Source: Podospora anserina
Lineage: Eukaryota
NCBI GenBank assembly: GCA_017654855.1
Contig: CM030335.1
Coordinates: 682,001 to 746,000, forward strand
DNA: 64,000 bases
Direction of reading: 5' to 3'
Shown here in pieces: positions 24,190-35,898 of this stretch. A program made the position numbers and the translations under genes. The notes under the pieces are model-generated. The model ran no database searches. It worked only from the letters and a program-made list of their open reading frames with translations, and had not been told where the DNA came from. How positions within the stretch are numbered: position 1 is the stretch's first letter; every line of letters begins with the position of its first letter.

Positions 24190-24672
24190 CTAGGTGGACG
24201 AAGAGGGCGAATAAGGTGAAGAATGCGTGAACTCAAGATCACAGACTGCCTGGGAATCTTCTCCATTGAAACCATAGAGTGTTTCTGCATCATCGTCAGG
24301 CACCGTCCCCGCCCCGTCATCTAGCAGATGGTTCCTCTGCTCCTCCTCATCATATGGATCCCGCTTTTTTCGTTTCAAATATCCGCTCAGGTCAAATCCC
24401 ATGCAAGTCTGTCCCTCGGCGAAGCAATAGTTCATGATCGTTTCCCACTTGGTGCTCAATAGAAGGACAGTCAAATACACCGGCCACAGGTACAACGCAA
24501 GGACGGTCATTGGCCAGGAGAGAAGCCAAAGGCAGCCGTCTTTCTCGATGAAGGGGAGCCACTTGATGATTTGTTTCTGGGCAGTGGGAACCCCAATAGC
24601 GAAGAATGGGACGGTGGTTATGAATGAGTAGGAGATTGTAATGAGCAAAAACCAGGGTGGGCCGTCAAACAT
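24190..24672 (-). CDS. Intact small two-TM membrane protein (160 aa), tandem paralogue of 23330-23911
   Basis: MFDGPPWFLLITISY..PTAQKQII..FIEKDGCLWLLSWP..LWP..YCFAEGQTCMGFD..DEEEQR..DDDAETLYG. Confidence 0.8.
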   Translation of the reverse strand: MFDGPPWFLLITISYSFITTVPFFAIGVPTAQKQIIKWLPFIEKDGCLWLLSWPMTVLALYLWPVYLTVLLLSTKWETIMNYCFAEGQTCMGFDLSGYLKRKKRDPYDEEEQRNHLLDDGAGTVPDDDAETLYGFNGEDSQAVCDLEFTHSSPYSPSSST

Positions 24673-25449
24673 TGTGGTTGTTGATTGAGTAGGGGTAGTT
24701 GATAAATGGTATTGTATTCCAAAAGGTGTTGGGGTTAGGAGATGAGGTTGCGGAAGCAATTGGGCTGTATTATTTTTTGGATGGGATGTGCTCAAGAAGT
24801 ACCTTTTTTCCATTGGGGGCCAGGCTTGAACACGTGCTAGGTGAAAAAACCCAGAGCGATGGATACAAGAGAGGTGGTGTTGCTGAGGGAGGGTGGTCCG
24901 AGCGCTGATGCCCACCGAGCTGAATGCGCTGTCGGTCAGAGCAACACAGCCCTGTTGTGACCAGCCGTGGGTATTAAAGAGGCTCTGGAGCAAAACTGCC
25001 ATCATACAGGTTCCAGTCAGTCGCCAAGGTGGGATCCATCATCCACGGTAGCGTTGTAGGGTTCATCCAGATACGCCTGACTCGGTAGCGAAAGCCCAAG
25101 GGCGTAGACATCGCGAAGTATCCCGTCAACATTCGGTGATGCTGACATCCATATTGCACGCTTGGTAGGGCTCGATACCGAAATGGCAAAGACTTGGATT
25201 CCATGATCCCGTGGCTGGTGTTTGTTTACAAGGCGATTGCTGAAGACGTGATAATCGACGAGGTAGCCCGATGAAGAAAAGGAAGATGTGTGGTTGAGCA
25301 AGGTGGCCCAAGCGCTGGTGCCTGAACACACTCAGGTCGGTTGAAGGGGCAGGACAGCAACACAGCCCCGTTTTCTGTTCTGCCACATTGTCTCCCTGTT
25401 TATTTAGAGCCTCAACAGACACAACTTCTCTCATCAAATCATTGCCGTC

Positions 25450-27747
25450 ATGTCACCAGTACCAGTCGGAAGCCTCTGTCAGTACTGCAAGGGCATCAAT
25501 GTGGAAACTATCAGCCAACCTGGTGGACATGCGCATGCCCATAGTCTGGCAGTTATTCAGCAGAGCGCCCAACAAGGCTGCGCGCTTTGTGGTTGGTTCG
25601 TAACACTCACTTGGAGCAGAGAAATCGACAACGAAATGCGCGAAGTTGAACCGCCTACTTCTGCAGGAAGACAGTCCACAGATCGCTTCCATGTGCGACC
25701 CGTTGGGCCCGGATATCTTGGTCAAAGTCACATTTGTTTGACCGACGACACAGGGGAGTATCAGACCACAGGCCTCGAGATGTGTCGTCTTGAGGGTATG
25801 TGTCTGACGACCATGTTGTTCTTGAATGGAAACACAGTGCTGACCATAGCTACAGGTGACTTAGCTCCTGATGACTGTCCAATTCCAGTCTGCAGAGCCC
25901 TATCAGACACTGCCTCACCAGAAACACAAGAAACAGCTCTGTCTTGGTTGAAGCAGTGTGAAGTCGAACATGACTGCAACAACTTGTCGATACCTGGGCC
26001 CAACAACACCTATGTTTTGCCCGGTCGATTGGTAGACCTGCGGTCGTTCACACCCACGACTCCGATCATACGATTGGTGGAAACTTTTGCTCTTCCTGGA
26101 AATATTACCAACACGCCTGGCTTCTACAGCACACTCAGCTACTGCTGGGGCATCTCTCCCTTCTACAACACCACATCAGCCAACCTCACCTCCTCACTCA
26201 CCCAGATCCCCTTCAACATCCTTCCTCAAACCTTCAAGGACGCGTTTTTGATCACCACGCAACTTGGCACTCACTTCATCTGGATCGACGCCCTCTGTAT
26301 CATCCAAGACTCTCTGCATGACTGGGAGATTGAGTCGGCCAAGATGCCCTACATTTACTCCCTTTCCAGGTTCTGCATCGCTGCTGATGCCACTGCCGTC
26401 GCTGAAGGCGGCTGCTTCAACAGCCACAACCACTCCCCTCAGCATCCCCGTCGAAAGGAAGCCGCACCTCTGATCATCCCATCCATGCTTGCATCCACCT
26501 CGCAAATCAGTCGTCTGTATATCTACCCCCGGCATCACCATTCCACCAACTCCCAAGCCCCCATTTCCGACGCCCCCATCTCCACCAGAGGTTGGTGCTT
26601 CCAAGAGCGATTGCTTTCCCCTAGAACACTCCATTACACCTCGGAGCAACTCTACTGGGAATGCCGCCAGGACTCCAAGTCTGAGGACCTCATCAACAAT
26701 ACCCAAGGCCAGCCATGGGGCACCATGCCGGGCGCGCTTGCCCAACTATACGACCCTACGTTTCGCCCCGAGCACGTCGTGAGAACGTGGTACAAGTCTA
26801 TCGTGGCACCTTACAGCCGGAGGAGTCTGACGAAAGAAACTGATCGACTCCCTGCCATTGGAGGGGTGGCCAGGGTGTACGCTCACCTGCTCTCCCAAGC
26901 GGAGAAGCGGATCAGGAACGCGGAGACACAAACCTGGGTTGAGGGGTGGGTGGAGCGTCTGAAGGTGAAGCAATATGATCTGGTCGAGAATAGCGCGTAT
27001 ATTGCCGGGATATGGGGTCATCAAATTGGTCATGGGCTAAGCTGGAGGAGAAGGAAGGGGACAAAGAAACCTGTGGCAGGGCATGGGCGGAAGAGGACCA
27101 ACACGTTTAGCTGGGTATCTGTTGATGGGCCGGTGGAGCATTTCTATGGATATATTGAGGCGACCAGGCTAGTGAAGTGGAATGTGCCGCTGCTGAACCC
27201 TCTTGATCCCTTTGGTGGAGTGGGCGAGTGCGAGATCACGTTGGAGGGGAACGTTATCGAGGGGAAACTGGGGTATTATCATCATGGTGATGCTAATGCA
27301 GGAGAGTGGCGGGTGTTTGTCGATATACCACCGGACGGCGAGCTTGACCATGGGACAGTGGACATCGGTAGCGTGGACATTGACGAAGAAACAGATGAGT
27401 TGGCTGACGTCAAAGCTTCCAATGGGTTGGTAGTCCGGGATGTTTGGATCCTAGCAACCTCTATGCGCAACACACTAGACGTTTATGCTCTAGTGCTTGT
27501 ACAAAGTGTGGAAGACGATGGCAAGGTCAGATACCAGAGGTTGGGACTTTTGTGGATCAAATCTCCGGGCCGGATGCCAGTGGCCGGCCGAGCTCCGAGA
27601 CATACATATAGAGGGGTGACTTGCCGGAATACCTGTCCGCTGTGCTCTTCCATGGTCGACTCTCACGGGAAAGAGTTTCACTACAAGACGCTGGCGTTGT
27701 TGCAAATGAACCGTGACGAGGCTTTTCAGCAGATTGTCATTGTGTAG
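25450..27747 (+). CDS. HET-domain (PF06985-type) protein; probable in-frame 60-bp intron 25796-25855
   Basis: N-terminal LCQYC..GCALC, WLKQC..H.C, LPGRLVDL, YSTLSYCWG, LPQTFKDA, FIWIDALCIIQDS..DWEIESAKMPYIY, RGWCFQERLLSPR, YSRRSLT..DRLPAIGG. Confidence 0.93.
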   Translation: MSPVPVGSLCQYCKGINVETISQPGGHAHAHSLAVIQQSAQQGCALCGWFVTLTWSREIDNEMREVEPPTSAGRQSTDRFHVRPVGPGYLGQSHICLTDDTGEYQTTGLEMCRLEGMCLTTMLFLNGNTVLTIATGDLAPDDCPIPVCRALSDTASPETQETALSWLKQCEVEHDCNNLSIPGPNNTYVLPGRLVDLRSFTPTTPIIRLVETFALPGNITNTPGFYSTLSYCWGISPFYNTTSANLTSSLTQIPFNILPQTFKDAFLITTQLGTHFIWIDALCIIQDSLHDWEIESAKMPYIYSLSRFCIAADATAVAEGGCFNSHNHSPQHPRRKEAAPLIIPSMLASTSQISRLYIYPRHHHSTNSQAPISDAPISTRGWCFQERLLSPRTLHYTSEQLYWECRQDSKSEDLINNTQGQPWGTMPGALAQLYDPTFRPEHVVRTWYKSIVAPYSRRSLTKETDRLPAIGGVARVYAHLLSQAEKRIRNAETQTWVEGWVERLKVKQYDLVENSAYIAGIWGHQIGHGLSWRRRKGTKKPVAGHGRKRTNTFSWVSVDGPVEHFYGYIEATRLVKWNVPLLNPLDPFGGVGECEITLEGNVIEGKLGYYHHGDANAGEWRVFVDIPPDGELDHGTVDIGSVDIDEETDELADVKASNGLVVRDVWILATSMRNTLDVYALVLVQSVEDDGKVRYQRLGLLWIKSPGRMPVAGRAPRHTYRGVTCRNTCPLCSSMVDSHGKEFHYKTLALLQMNRDEAFQQIVIV

Positions 27748-29313
27748 AATACTACCGCGCATAGAAAAAACTAAAGTGGTCGAGAGCCGTATTGACTATC
27801 TTGTACCTAGGTCATCTCATCCGACTCAGATTGCCTCCATGTTGCTTGTCAGGAAGAAAAGGTGCCAGTCACTTGGGCATAGCCTGACAAGGAGCACTCA
27901 TACAGTTGTATCCAGCTTCCAAGCTGTGAACGCGATATGCAAAAAGATGCGAACAGAAGACAAGGCTACCTAGATACAATGCAACCCACCTTTTGACAAA
28001 GATACCCAACTCGGACTTTTTTGCGTTCGGTCCGAGTGGCTGGAGCTGTCCTGTAATGCTACCATACCCAGGTTCCGGAGTTCTTTATTCTGAATACTCA
28101 AGCCTGATATAGCTTCATTCGACAAACCTGTTGATCAGTTCAGTTGAGCGTTGCCACGATTTCCTTTTCCATGCAGCGTTGGGCGTAATCTCGCGTATCC
28201 TGCTCCATTTTCAAGCCCGCGAAGTCCTCCTCATGTATATGCACACCTCAGCAGCGGTTTTCTTCCGGGGGCTGAGCCAATGAACGACCACGCAATTTCC
28301 AAGCTCGGGTTAGTCCACCCATTACTCCCACCTCACCAATTTTGTGGATGTCTGTGACCAGAAGAATATGGCAGAGTTCTCCACAAATTATTGGATATTT
28401 GGCGATCTTTGTGACCTCTTGGCGAAAACACAGTCATTCGTGGCTGGCTGAAATGGATAACAAGAAGGTCGGGTATGTGAACGTGCGTCTCGGGCTCAAA
28501 ACCTGAACCGACTGAGCGCGAAATGCGTGATGAACCACCTACCTACTGAAGCGAGGAAGAGAATGTGGACTTGAACGCCCAACCACAGCCCCACCATCCA
28601 TCCTACCTTACCTACCCATCCCATATGTGGAACAAAGAACCCATTGCAGTAAAGCATTAATTGAAGTCTTATGAAAGAAATTCAGACTGTTCAAACAACA
28701 TGAAGTGTAGGTAGGAAAGTCGTCACATATACACCGAGCACTGGGGAAGGCCGTAGGCCTTCGGGGTTCTCCGCAGGGCGCAGCATTACTCAGAAATCTA
28801 TATCCCTTTTCATTCCACGTTGTGAGCCGCTAAGATGAGCTCTTCGTGCACATAATATTGGTGAGACCTAGACAGCTGAACCGCGCTCTAGTGAGCTCGG
28901 CAGGGCCTAGACCAAGGGGACTAACCCCACTTTTCCAGACCATGTATCAACATTTTGTTATCCATTGGATGAAGTCCACGCTCGACAGAAGCTCCGTTAT
29001 CCGTTGAGGCCCAACGAGTGTCCTTTGACACCTCAGAATTTTCATGATCGAATTGGATTCCATAACAAGTTGGAGATTGTTCGCTGCACGGTTGGGTTTC
29101 AGATTGATAGGTATCTTTGATGGCCGGAAGCAGTACCTAGGTAGGTACTTAAGGTATTAATACCCCGTGTTCTCTTTCTGGGTTTTTCCCTCTCTCCAAG
29201 GTAGCATGGCCTGCCTATTTCTGCCTCATGAATCACCTTGAGCACACATTCCAAGCACAGGATCACCTTCACAGGATTCCCCTCATATACCCAATATCCA
29301 GTATTCAGCCGCC

Positions 29314-31691
29314 ATGTCCCAACACTCTCATCCGCCCTCGACCAGCTCCTGGCACCGAAGCGTTGACGAGCGCCTCTGTCTCATTGCAGACGGACTCTCC
29401 GATTACGATGACACCCCGAGAAACAGTCTCCCTACCAAAGATAGTATCCCTCTTGGACAGAAGCTTCCTGGTCTTGGCCCCCTCCTCAGAGACTATCTTA
29501 ACCCAGACGTCACTGTTGAGTCAGCGGACTTCCACAAGCGGCTGCTTCGTGTCTTTCGCGAATCCGAGTACGACTCTGCCTACGGGAAATGCTTGGAGCG
29601 ACTGAATGCGGATGAAAGAGACCGCGTGGAAAAGTTCGTCGCGGATGACAAGCCTCTCGAAGAGGTGTCGGATGGTTTCGACATGAGCGTCAGTCTGGGT
29701 GTTCGTGAGCACCTTCAAGACCTTACGGGGGTCTCTGGCTTCCAGGTTTCGTCCAGTGGAGTTCAAGCAGTGCGGTTTCCTGCAGCCCCTGGGGCCAACG
29801 GCACCGAGAGCGTTCATCTAGACGCCCGTTCGTTTACTCCGGTGGACGTTGATGGCCTTGCTGGAGACGACACTCTCGATGCCTTACACAAGAACGGCCG
29901 CCTCCACAACTTTATCCAGAAACTCAAGGATATGTTCTCTGGCCACAAAAAGGAGAGCAACGTCATAGTAGGCCTGCCTCTATCACCTTGACAGAGATAC
30001 ACAAGGCTAACCATCGGTTCCAGGTCTACGAAAACGTGCCCTTCAAAAACTGGGGCATGGTCGTCGACTACATACCCCACTACACCTGCATCCCCTCCTC
30101 TGTCGCCGGTGTCCAGCACATTGTCAGATTTGCACGCGACCACGACATGTCTGTCCGCTGTGCGGGCTTCCGCCACTCCTGGGCGCCCATCTTTGGCCGC
30201 CAGGGGCAAATCACCATCTCTCTCCTCTCCCTGGCGGAGGCTACCAGAATTCCTAATTTCACCGCCATGGCCAAAGCCCTGCCGGAGTGGCTGTTTCGCA
30301 AGACCGAGCTGCAAACGCTGGAAGTAGTCTCTGGCACGCCACGAGTCAAAGGCAATGTGCTTGTCAGAATTGGCGCCAGCGCGACAAATGAGCAGCTGAG
30401 GCGGTGGTGCATCGAGAATAAAAAGTACTCGTACCCGCTTAATGTGATTATGGTGGAGATGACGGTCGGGGGGACGAATGCACCTATTTGTCACGGGGCT
30501 GGGAGAAGACATCAGACTTTGAGCGACCTGGTCAGGAAGGTGGAATACGTCGACTGCAACGGGAAGCTTCAAGCTGTCGATGACTCGAGACTTCTCCGGG
30601 CGGCGGCGGGGTGCTTTGGTCTCATGGGTGTCGTAACCCATCTCACGCTGGAGTTTGAACCCATGAGCTACGCGCTGATGAAGCCGGAGAAGATCCCTGT
30701 TTTGAGGGCTGTTCCTCCGCCGGATGATATGGCTATGGATAAGATTCCCCCTGCTTTGAGACTGCCGAACTGGGCGCCGGAGCAGAGGGCGGCCGACATC
30801 AAGAGGTTTGAAGAGTTGGCGACGAATGGGTTCTACTCGGAGTGGTTCTGGTTTCCGTACTCGGATTTGTGCTGGGTTAACTGCTGGGATGCGACTGCTG
30901 ACCCATCCGGAACTGAGGATTACCCCTCGAATGCGCAGACGTTCTTCATGTTCATCAGCCAGTTCACGATGAACGTGCTGCAGAATGCAAAGATATTGAA
31001 CGAGCTGGTCGAGAAGTTGCATATGGACGAGGCAGCGGTGACGCTCATCTCCAAAGCGGCAATGTTTACTCTTCCGGCTTGGGACGAGCCGGTCAAGACC
31101 TACCTGCCGGATGCGTTGCACTTCCAGAGAGGGATTCAGAACGTCAGGGTGTTGGATGTGGAGGTTGAGATTCCGCTTCAACCATCGGAAACTGATCCCT
31201 CGAAGCCTGACTATGCGGTTGTCAGAAGGGCGTGGTGGGATGCTATTTTGACCTGTTATGCCCACAGCAGTAAGGGGTGCCCGCAGAGGATGCCGCTTGA
31301 AATGAGGATCATGGGGGGCAGTGATATCGTCATGGCCCCTCAGAAGGGGAACAAGCTGGGAACGTGTGCCATTGAGGTGCTGACGCTGGAGGCGGCGAAG
31401 AATTTCTGGGTGCCCTATGCGGAAGAGGTGGTTGGGAAGTGGTTGTCCTACTGTGATAGGGGAGGGAAGAAGATCAACACGAGACCTCACTGGGCAAAGC
31501 AGTGGGATGGGATCAATGTTGACGGGAAGCCCTGGGTGGAGAAGATGAAGGGAGAGGATTACAGGTTGGAAAAGGAGGAGTTTAAGGAGCTGTTGGCTGA
31601 GATTGGAAGGAAGCATGGCTGGTCATTGAAGGACTTGAAGAGGAGGTTTTCGAACGACTTTTTTGATGCCTTTTACTTTGATAACATCTAG
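29314..31691 (+). CDS. FAD-linked oxidase, L-gulonolactone/D-arabinono-1,4-lactone oxidase (ALO)-like; intron about 29967-30021
   Basis: FKNWG, VRCAGFRHSWAP, TVGG..ICHGAG, FGLMGVV, LEMRIMGGS, RPHWAKQW. Confidence 0.87.
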
Positions 31692-32370
31692 AACTGGGGA
31701 GATGAAGACGCATGCAATGGAGGTTATTCATTTGCTTTGCAGGGCTGTCGCCCCTCATCGTTCACCGCTTGCATTCTAGACTCGTTCGCACGCCCATCAT
31801 CATGAAAGGTCCAACAGAGATCAAGTGAAGGGGCTGGAAGATGGTCCAGTTTCCCGTCCATTACCGCCTCGAGATCTCGGGCAATAAAAATGCAAAACAA
31901 GTGTACGAAAGATGATCAGGTTACTGCTAGCTGAGCCCTGCCTTCACTATGCTGGCGGATTGGCTGACTCGTACAATCCTAGTATGTCGTGAGGCATGAT
32001 TGTGGTGGAAGCATGGAGCCGACGTCAGCACGATGGCGAATCGGGCAGTTGTAAACAGGCTAGATGCCAAGGTGGGCATTCTTGCCATTTATCATCTCAG
32101 AATAGAGTGGGATCGCGTTGAAGGTCCCTGAGCTGACATGATGACTAAAGTAAGAGCTAGCTATGATCGTCTTACACATCATCAAACCTTCGGCAAAGAT
32201 CCAGTTCCTGTGAAGAGACCTGAATGGTCTTGAATGGAATGATAAAACTATCGAGAAAGGTATATATACCTTCCCCCTCGCTCACTTTCCCTCCCATTTT
32301 TTGTCACCCTCAACCCATCAAACATTATCCTCTTGTCAAGTTCTGGCCGCAGCACGCGTAGTACTTGAAA

Positions 32371-32814
32371 ATGGTCTCCTTCACCACCCTCTTCTCCGCC
32401 AGCCTTGGCCTCATTGCTCTTGCCAACCCCGTTGCCGCCCTCTGCAAGCCCGCTATCGGCATCCAGGTCTTCAGGGACGATTGGGCTTACACCATTCCCT
32501 GCGGCAGAAACGATTGTAACGCCCCCGAAACCACCATCACCATCTACCACAATGACCGCACGACCACCAGCAAGACATTCCCTGGTTCGATATCCTTTGG
32601 CTTCAAGGAGTCCCCCCAGGCCCAAGTGTATGAGTGGGACTTTTACGGCAAATACCGCGATGACCCCGGCCTGGGATTCCACGTTTATGGCACCAGATGC
32701 CCAACCTTGCCTAGCAACCAGGGCTTTGGATGCTTCGAACAGGCTTTGAAGATCGAGAGAGGATACCTTCCCAAGGCTACCTGGGCCAAGTTCAAGTGTG
32801 GCACGACCTGGTAA
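32371..32814 (+). CDS. Small secreted Cys-containing protein (147 aa, effector-like)
   Basis: Signal peptide MVSFTTLFSASLGLIALANPVAA, 6 Cys, intronless, C-ending codon bias, TATATA about 110 bp upstream. Confidence 0.78.
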   Translation: MVSFTTLFSASLGLIALANPVAALCKPAIGIQVFRDDWAYTIPCGRNDCNAPETTITIYHNDRTTTSKTFPGSISFGFKESPQAQVYEWDFYGKYRDDPGLGFHVYGTRCPTLPSNQGFGCFEQALKIERGYLPKATWAKFKCGTTW

Positions 32815-33576
32815 TCGCACGCGAAGATGCCGAATGGGGTGGCAATGGATGTAAGCATCCTCTTGATCGAGATGATTCTCGACATTACGATTCTGGGGGC
32901 AGGGATACCAGCAACAATCCGGTCTTACTTCAGGAAAGATATCGGGGTCATTGTTTACTTTGGGGATGGCTTTCAGGGGCTCAGGGGTTCAAACATCTTG
33001 TGTGTGCCGACCTGTCATGATCAATCATACATAGATACAACTCAAATCGGACTACACTGTCTGGAAACTTCCTTTCTACCTCGTAATTTTGGCCTCACTG
33101 AAGGGCGCTGGAGGTGACCTACCCTCTGTTGCCATTAAACAAGTCATCCTAACCTCTTCAGAATTCGTCATCATGGATTCCCATCCCGCGTCCGCGTCTC
33201 GTATCCGCCATCCGGGCCAAGTTTTGCCCGTCCCTGTCACGTCACAATCGTTAGCGCCTCATGAGCATTGCTCCCCTGCCTCCATCACCAAATCTCATTG
33301 GGCGCCCCACGAATTCTCGGTGGCTTGGCTCGCCCATCCTTCCCGCCTCGACTCGATCAGGTTTCATTTGCTCGACTACCGTTGCGATCCCTTTCACGAC
33401 GGTCAACACCATGACGGCTTTTTTTGTTGCATGAATCCCACCTTCTTCGCGCCCTTCCATGATCGCCACTAACCGCTCACTCATTGCTGTTCGTTAACAG
33501 CCCATCGGGACACCATTCATACTTTCTCTCCCCCTGGTTTGCTCTAGAGAATGCCGACCTGGCCGTGGGCGCAAAG

Positions 33577-34636
33577 ATGGCGTGGACAGAACGGGGTGTT
33601 GCGCTCTTTGCGTGTGCCACTACCATGGTCGTACTAGCTGCCACAGCCGTCGTCCTTCGCTTAATCTCACGTGGTTATGTCCTTCGTAGGCTAGGCTTAA
33701 CAGACTGTTGTATCCTTATCACGTTGCTCTTCTCCATCGCCAACACCGTCGGCGTTGCTATGCGTTGGTCCACCCTGGTTTTTTTCTCAGCACCGTTACT
33801 GACGCGTTCCAGACATCACCCACGGACTCGGTCGTCACCGAACAACCATCACCCGAGACCAAATCGAGGGCTACCGCTTCGTAAGACCCCCCTTTTCTCC
33901 ACCATCAATCTCAAGCTTCACCGCTACCCCCCCTAAGTGGATGTACATCGACATCATCATCGACGGAACAAGCCTCATCCTCACCAAAATCTCCATCCTC
34001 CTCCTCTTCCTCGACGTCTTCGTCATCGCCACAGCACGAAAAGTGACGTACCTTTTTCTTACACTTGTCATATGCTACGGCATCTACCTATTAACCTCCA
34101 AATCCTCTTCCGCATCCCCATCCACTCATTCTGGGAACTAGCCGCTTCGAAAGAGAGATGTCTCCCCTCAGACGCGAAATACTACGCCGACGCGGCGGTG
34201 AATATCGCGCTTGACTTTTCGATATTTTGCATCCCTATCCCTGTGGTTAGGGGGATGACTACCCTGCCGTGGAGGGAGAAGTTGTGGTTGTATTTGGTTT
34301 TTGCTCTGGGGTTTTTGTAAGTCTTACCGGGGGGTTGAACTGGGCGAGGTGGTTTGCTGACTGTTATGCAGTGTCTGCATTGTCTCTTGCATCCGCCTTC
34401 ATTTTCTGTGGTATGTCACCGAGTCACCGGACAAACCATTTGAGGGAACTCACATGGCGTATTGGTCTACCATTGAGATGAATGTGGCGATTATTCTGGC
34501 TTGTATACCCACGCTCAAGCCGTTGATGAGCAGGGTTTGTCCGTGGGTGTTGGGTTCGGCTGCGGTGCCGGATGGGACGTCTCATGATTCCTACGCTGCA
34601 TTGTGGGAGGGGGAGTCTGGGGGTTGGTTCCCCTGA
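33577..34636 (+). pseudogene. Pth11-like (fungal rhodopsin-domain) integral membrane protein with an apparent frameshift near 34100
   Basis: VVLRLISR..LGLTD, GLGRH, LTKISILLLF, IPIHSFW, NIALDF.IF.IPIP, WSTIEMNVAIILACIPTLKPL. The TKIS exon and IPIHSFW lie in different frames with no intron between them. Confidence 0.7.
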
Positions 34637-35898
34637 GCTGAGGTATTTTGGGGGGAGGGATCCGGAGATGAGGATGGCGTCATGAGACTTTTTGTATTCA
34701 TATTTTATTGCTGCTGCGAGGGTACGGGATTGAAAGGCTGCATGATTGTTAAAGTATGTGGGGAACAGAACGACTTGAAATGGGACGGACATGGGCATGA
34801 GCATAGGGAATCTGAGATTGATGGAATGGGATGTAGGATTTGGACTGGGATTATATGAATTTTGCATGTTCGAACTAGATGTCTACGGGTAAGTAGATTT
34901 TGAAAGTTGATAGAACTACATATACTCGCTGGCGGTGGAGAACATCCAGACTATCATTTCGAGGGAAATCCAATGCTGATTCTGGAAGGCATACTGCCAA
35001 AAACTAAGGAAGATTTCTCTCCCATTTTTACATTCACTCCCCCCTATCTTCCAATGGCCTCAGGCGCATAAGCGCCAACAGAAAATAAAACTTGAAAATA
35101 AAACGGGGCGGCAAAAATAAATTCCGGGATCCTAGTGCCAATGATGCATACATGGAGAATGCATTCCCGAGAGGCGTGATAGTCAACTGCCCAATTCTAC
35201 TCTTTTATGACTGGGTAGGTACTAACTTTGCCAGCTCGTTTTCATGATCGTGCTATGCTACCTTAAGTCACGCCTTTGCCGAAGATTCGGCTGAGTTTAT
35301 TGATCCCTGCGGCACAGCGGAACCCCTCGACCTCGCCTCACCGCGTTTTGGATAAATATAAGGTTATTTACGCCCTCGAGCCCAGCCATAGATCCCAGAT
35401 CCTCGAACCTTTGCCTCTCTAGACTCATCGACTCCTTATGCGTTTGACAAGACGGTGACACTTGCTGCGCGGCAACGAAGACCCCACACCCAAAAGGGCC
35501 ACCAGGGGAACACCAGTAAGATCTTGTACGGACCAATTATATCCCTACCACAGTTAAACACCTCAAAGAGTGCAGGACCTCGGTTTAACACTAACCCACC
35601 AGTTCCAAATCTCTGTGGCAAGCTAGCTGGAGCGCGTAATAATGCTACGCCTCCTTCGAACCACCGCTGGCCCAATTGCTATTGCCACAAGCTTATTTTA
35701 CGTTATCGACTAACCTGTCGTTTTGGAAGAAGCTGCAAACCATGATATTACCACCTAAACGGGGAAATATGCATCGTCTTGATGCAGGATTGAAAATGCA
35801 AGAATTATTTGGTCTCTAAATATACTCCGTCCCCCACACCCCTTTGGTAGTAAAAAAGAAAAAAGAAATATAGGAGAAAGAAGATGAAGGTCGAAATG

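Noticed and set aside
29814-31616. 600-aa ORF on the - strand
   Set aside because: Antisense to the FAD oxidase; no motifs; explained by codon bias of the sense gene.
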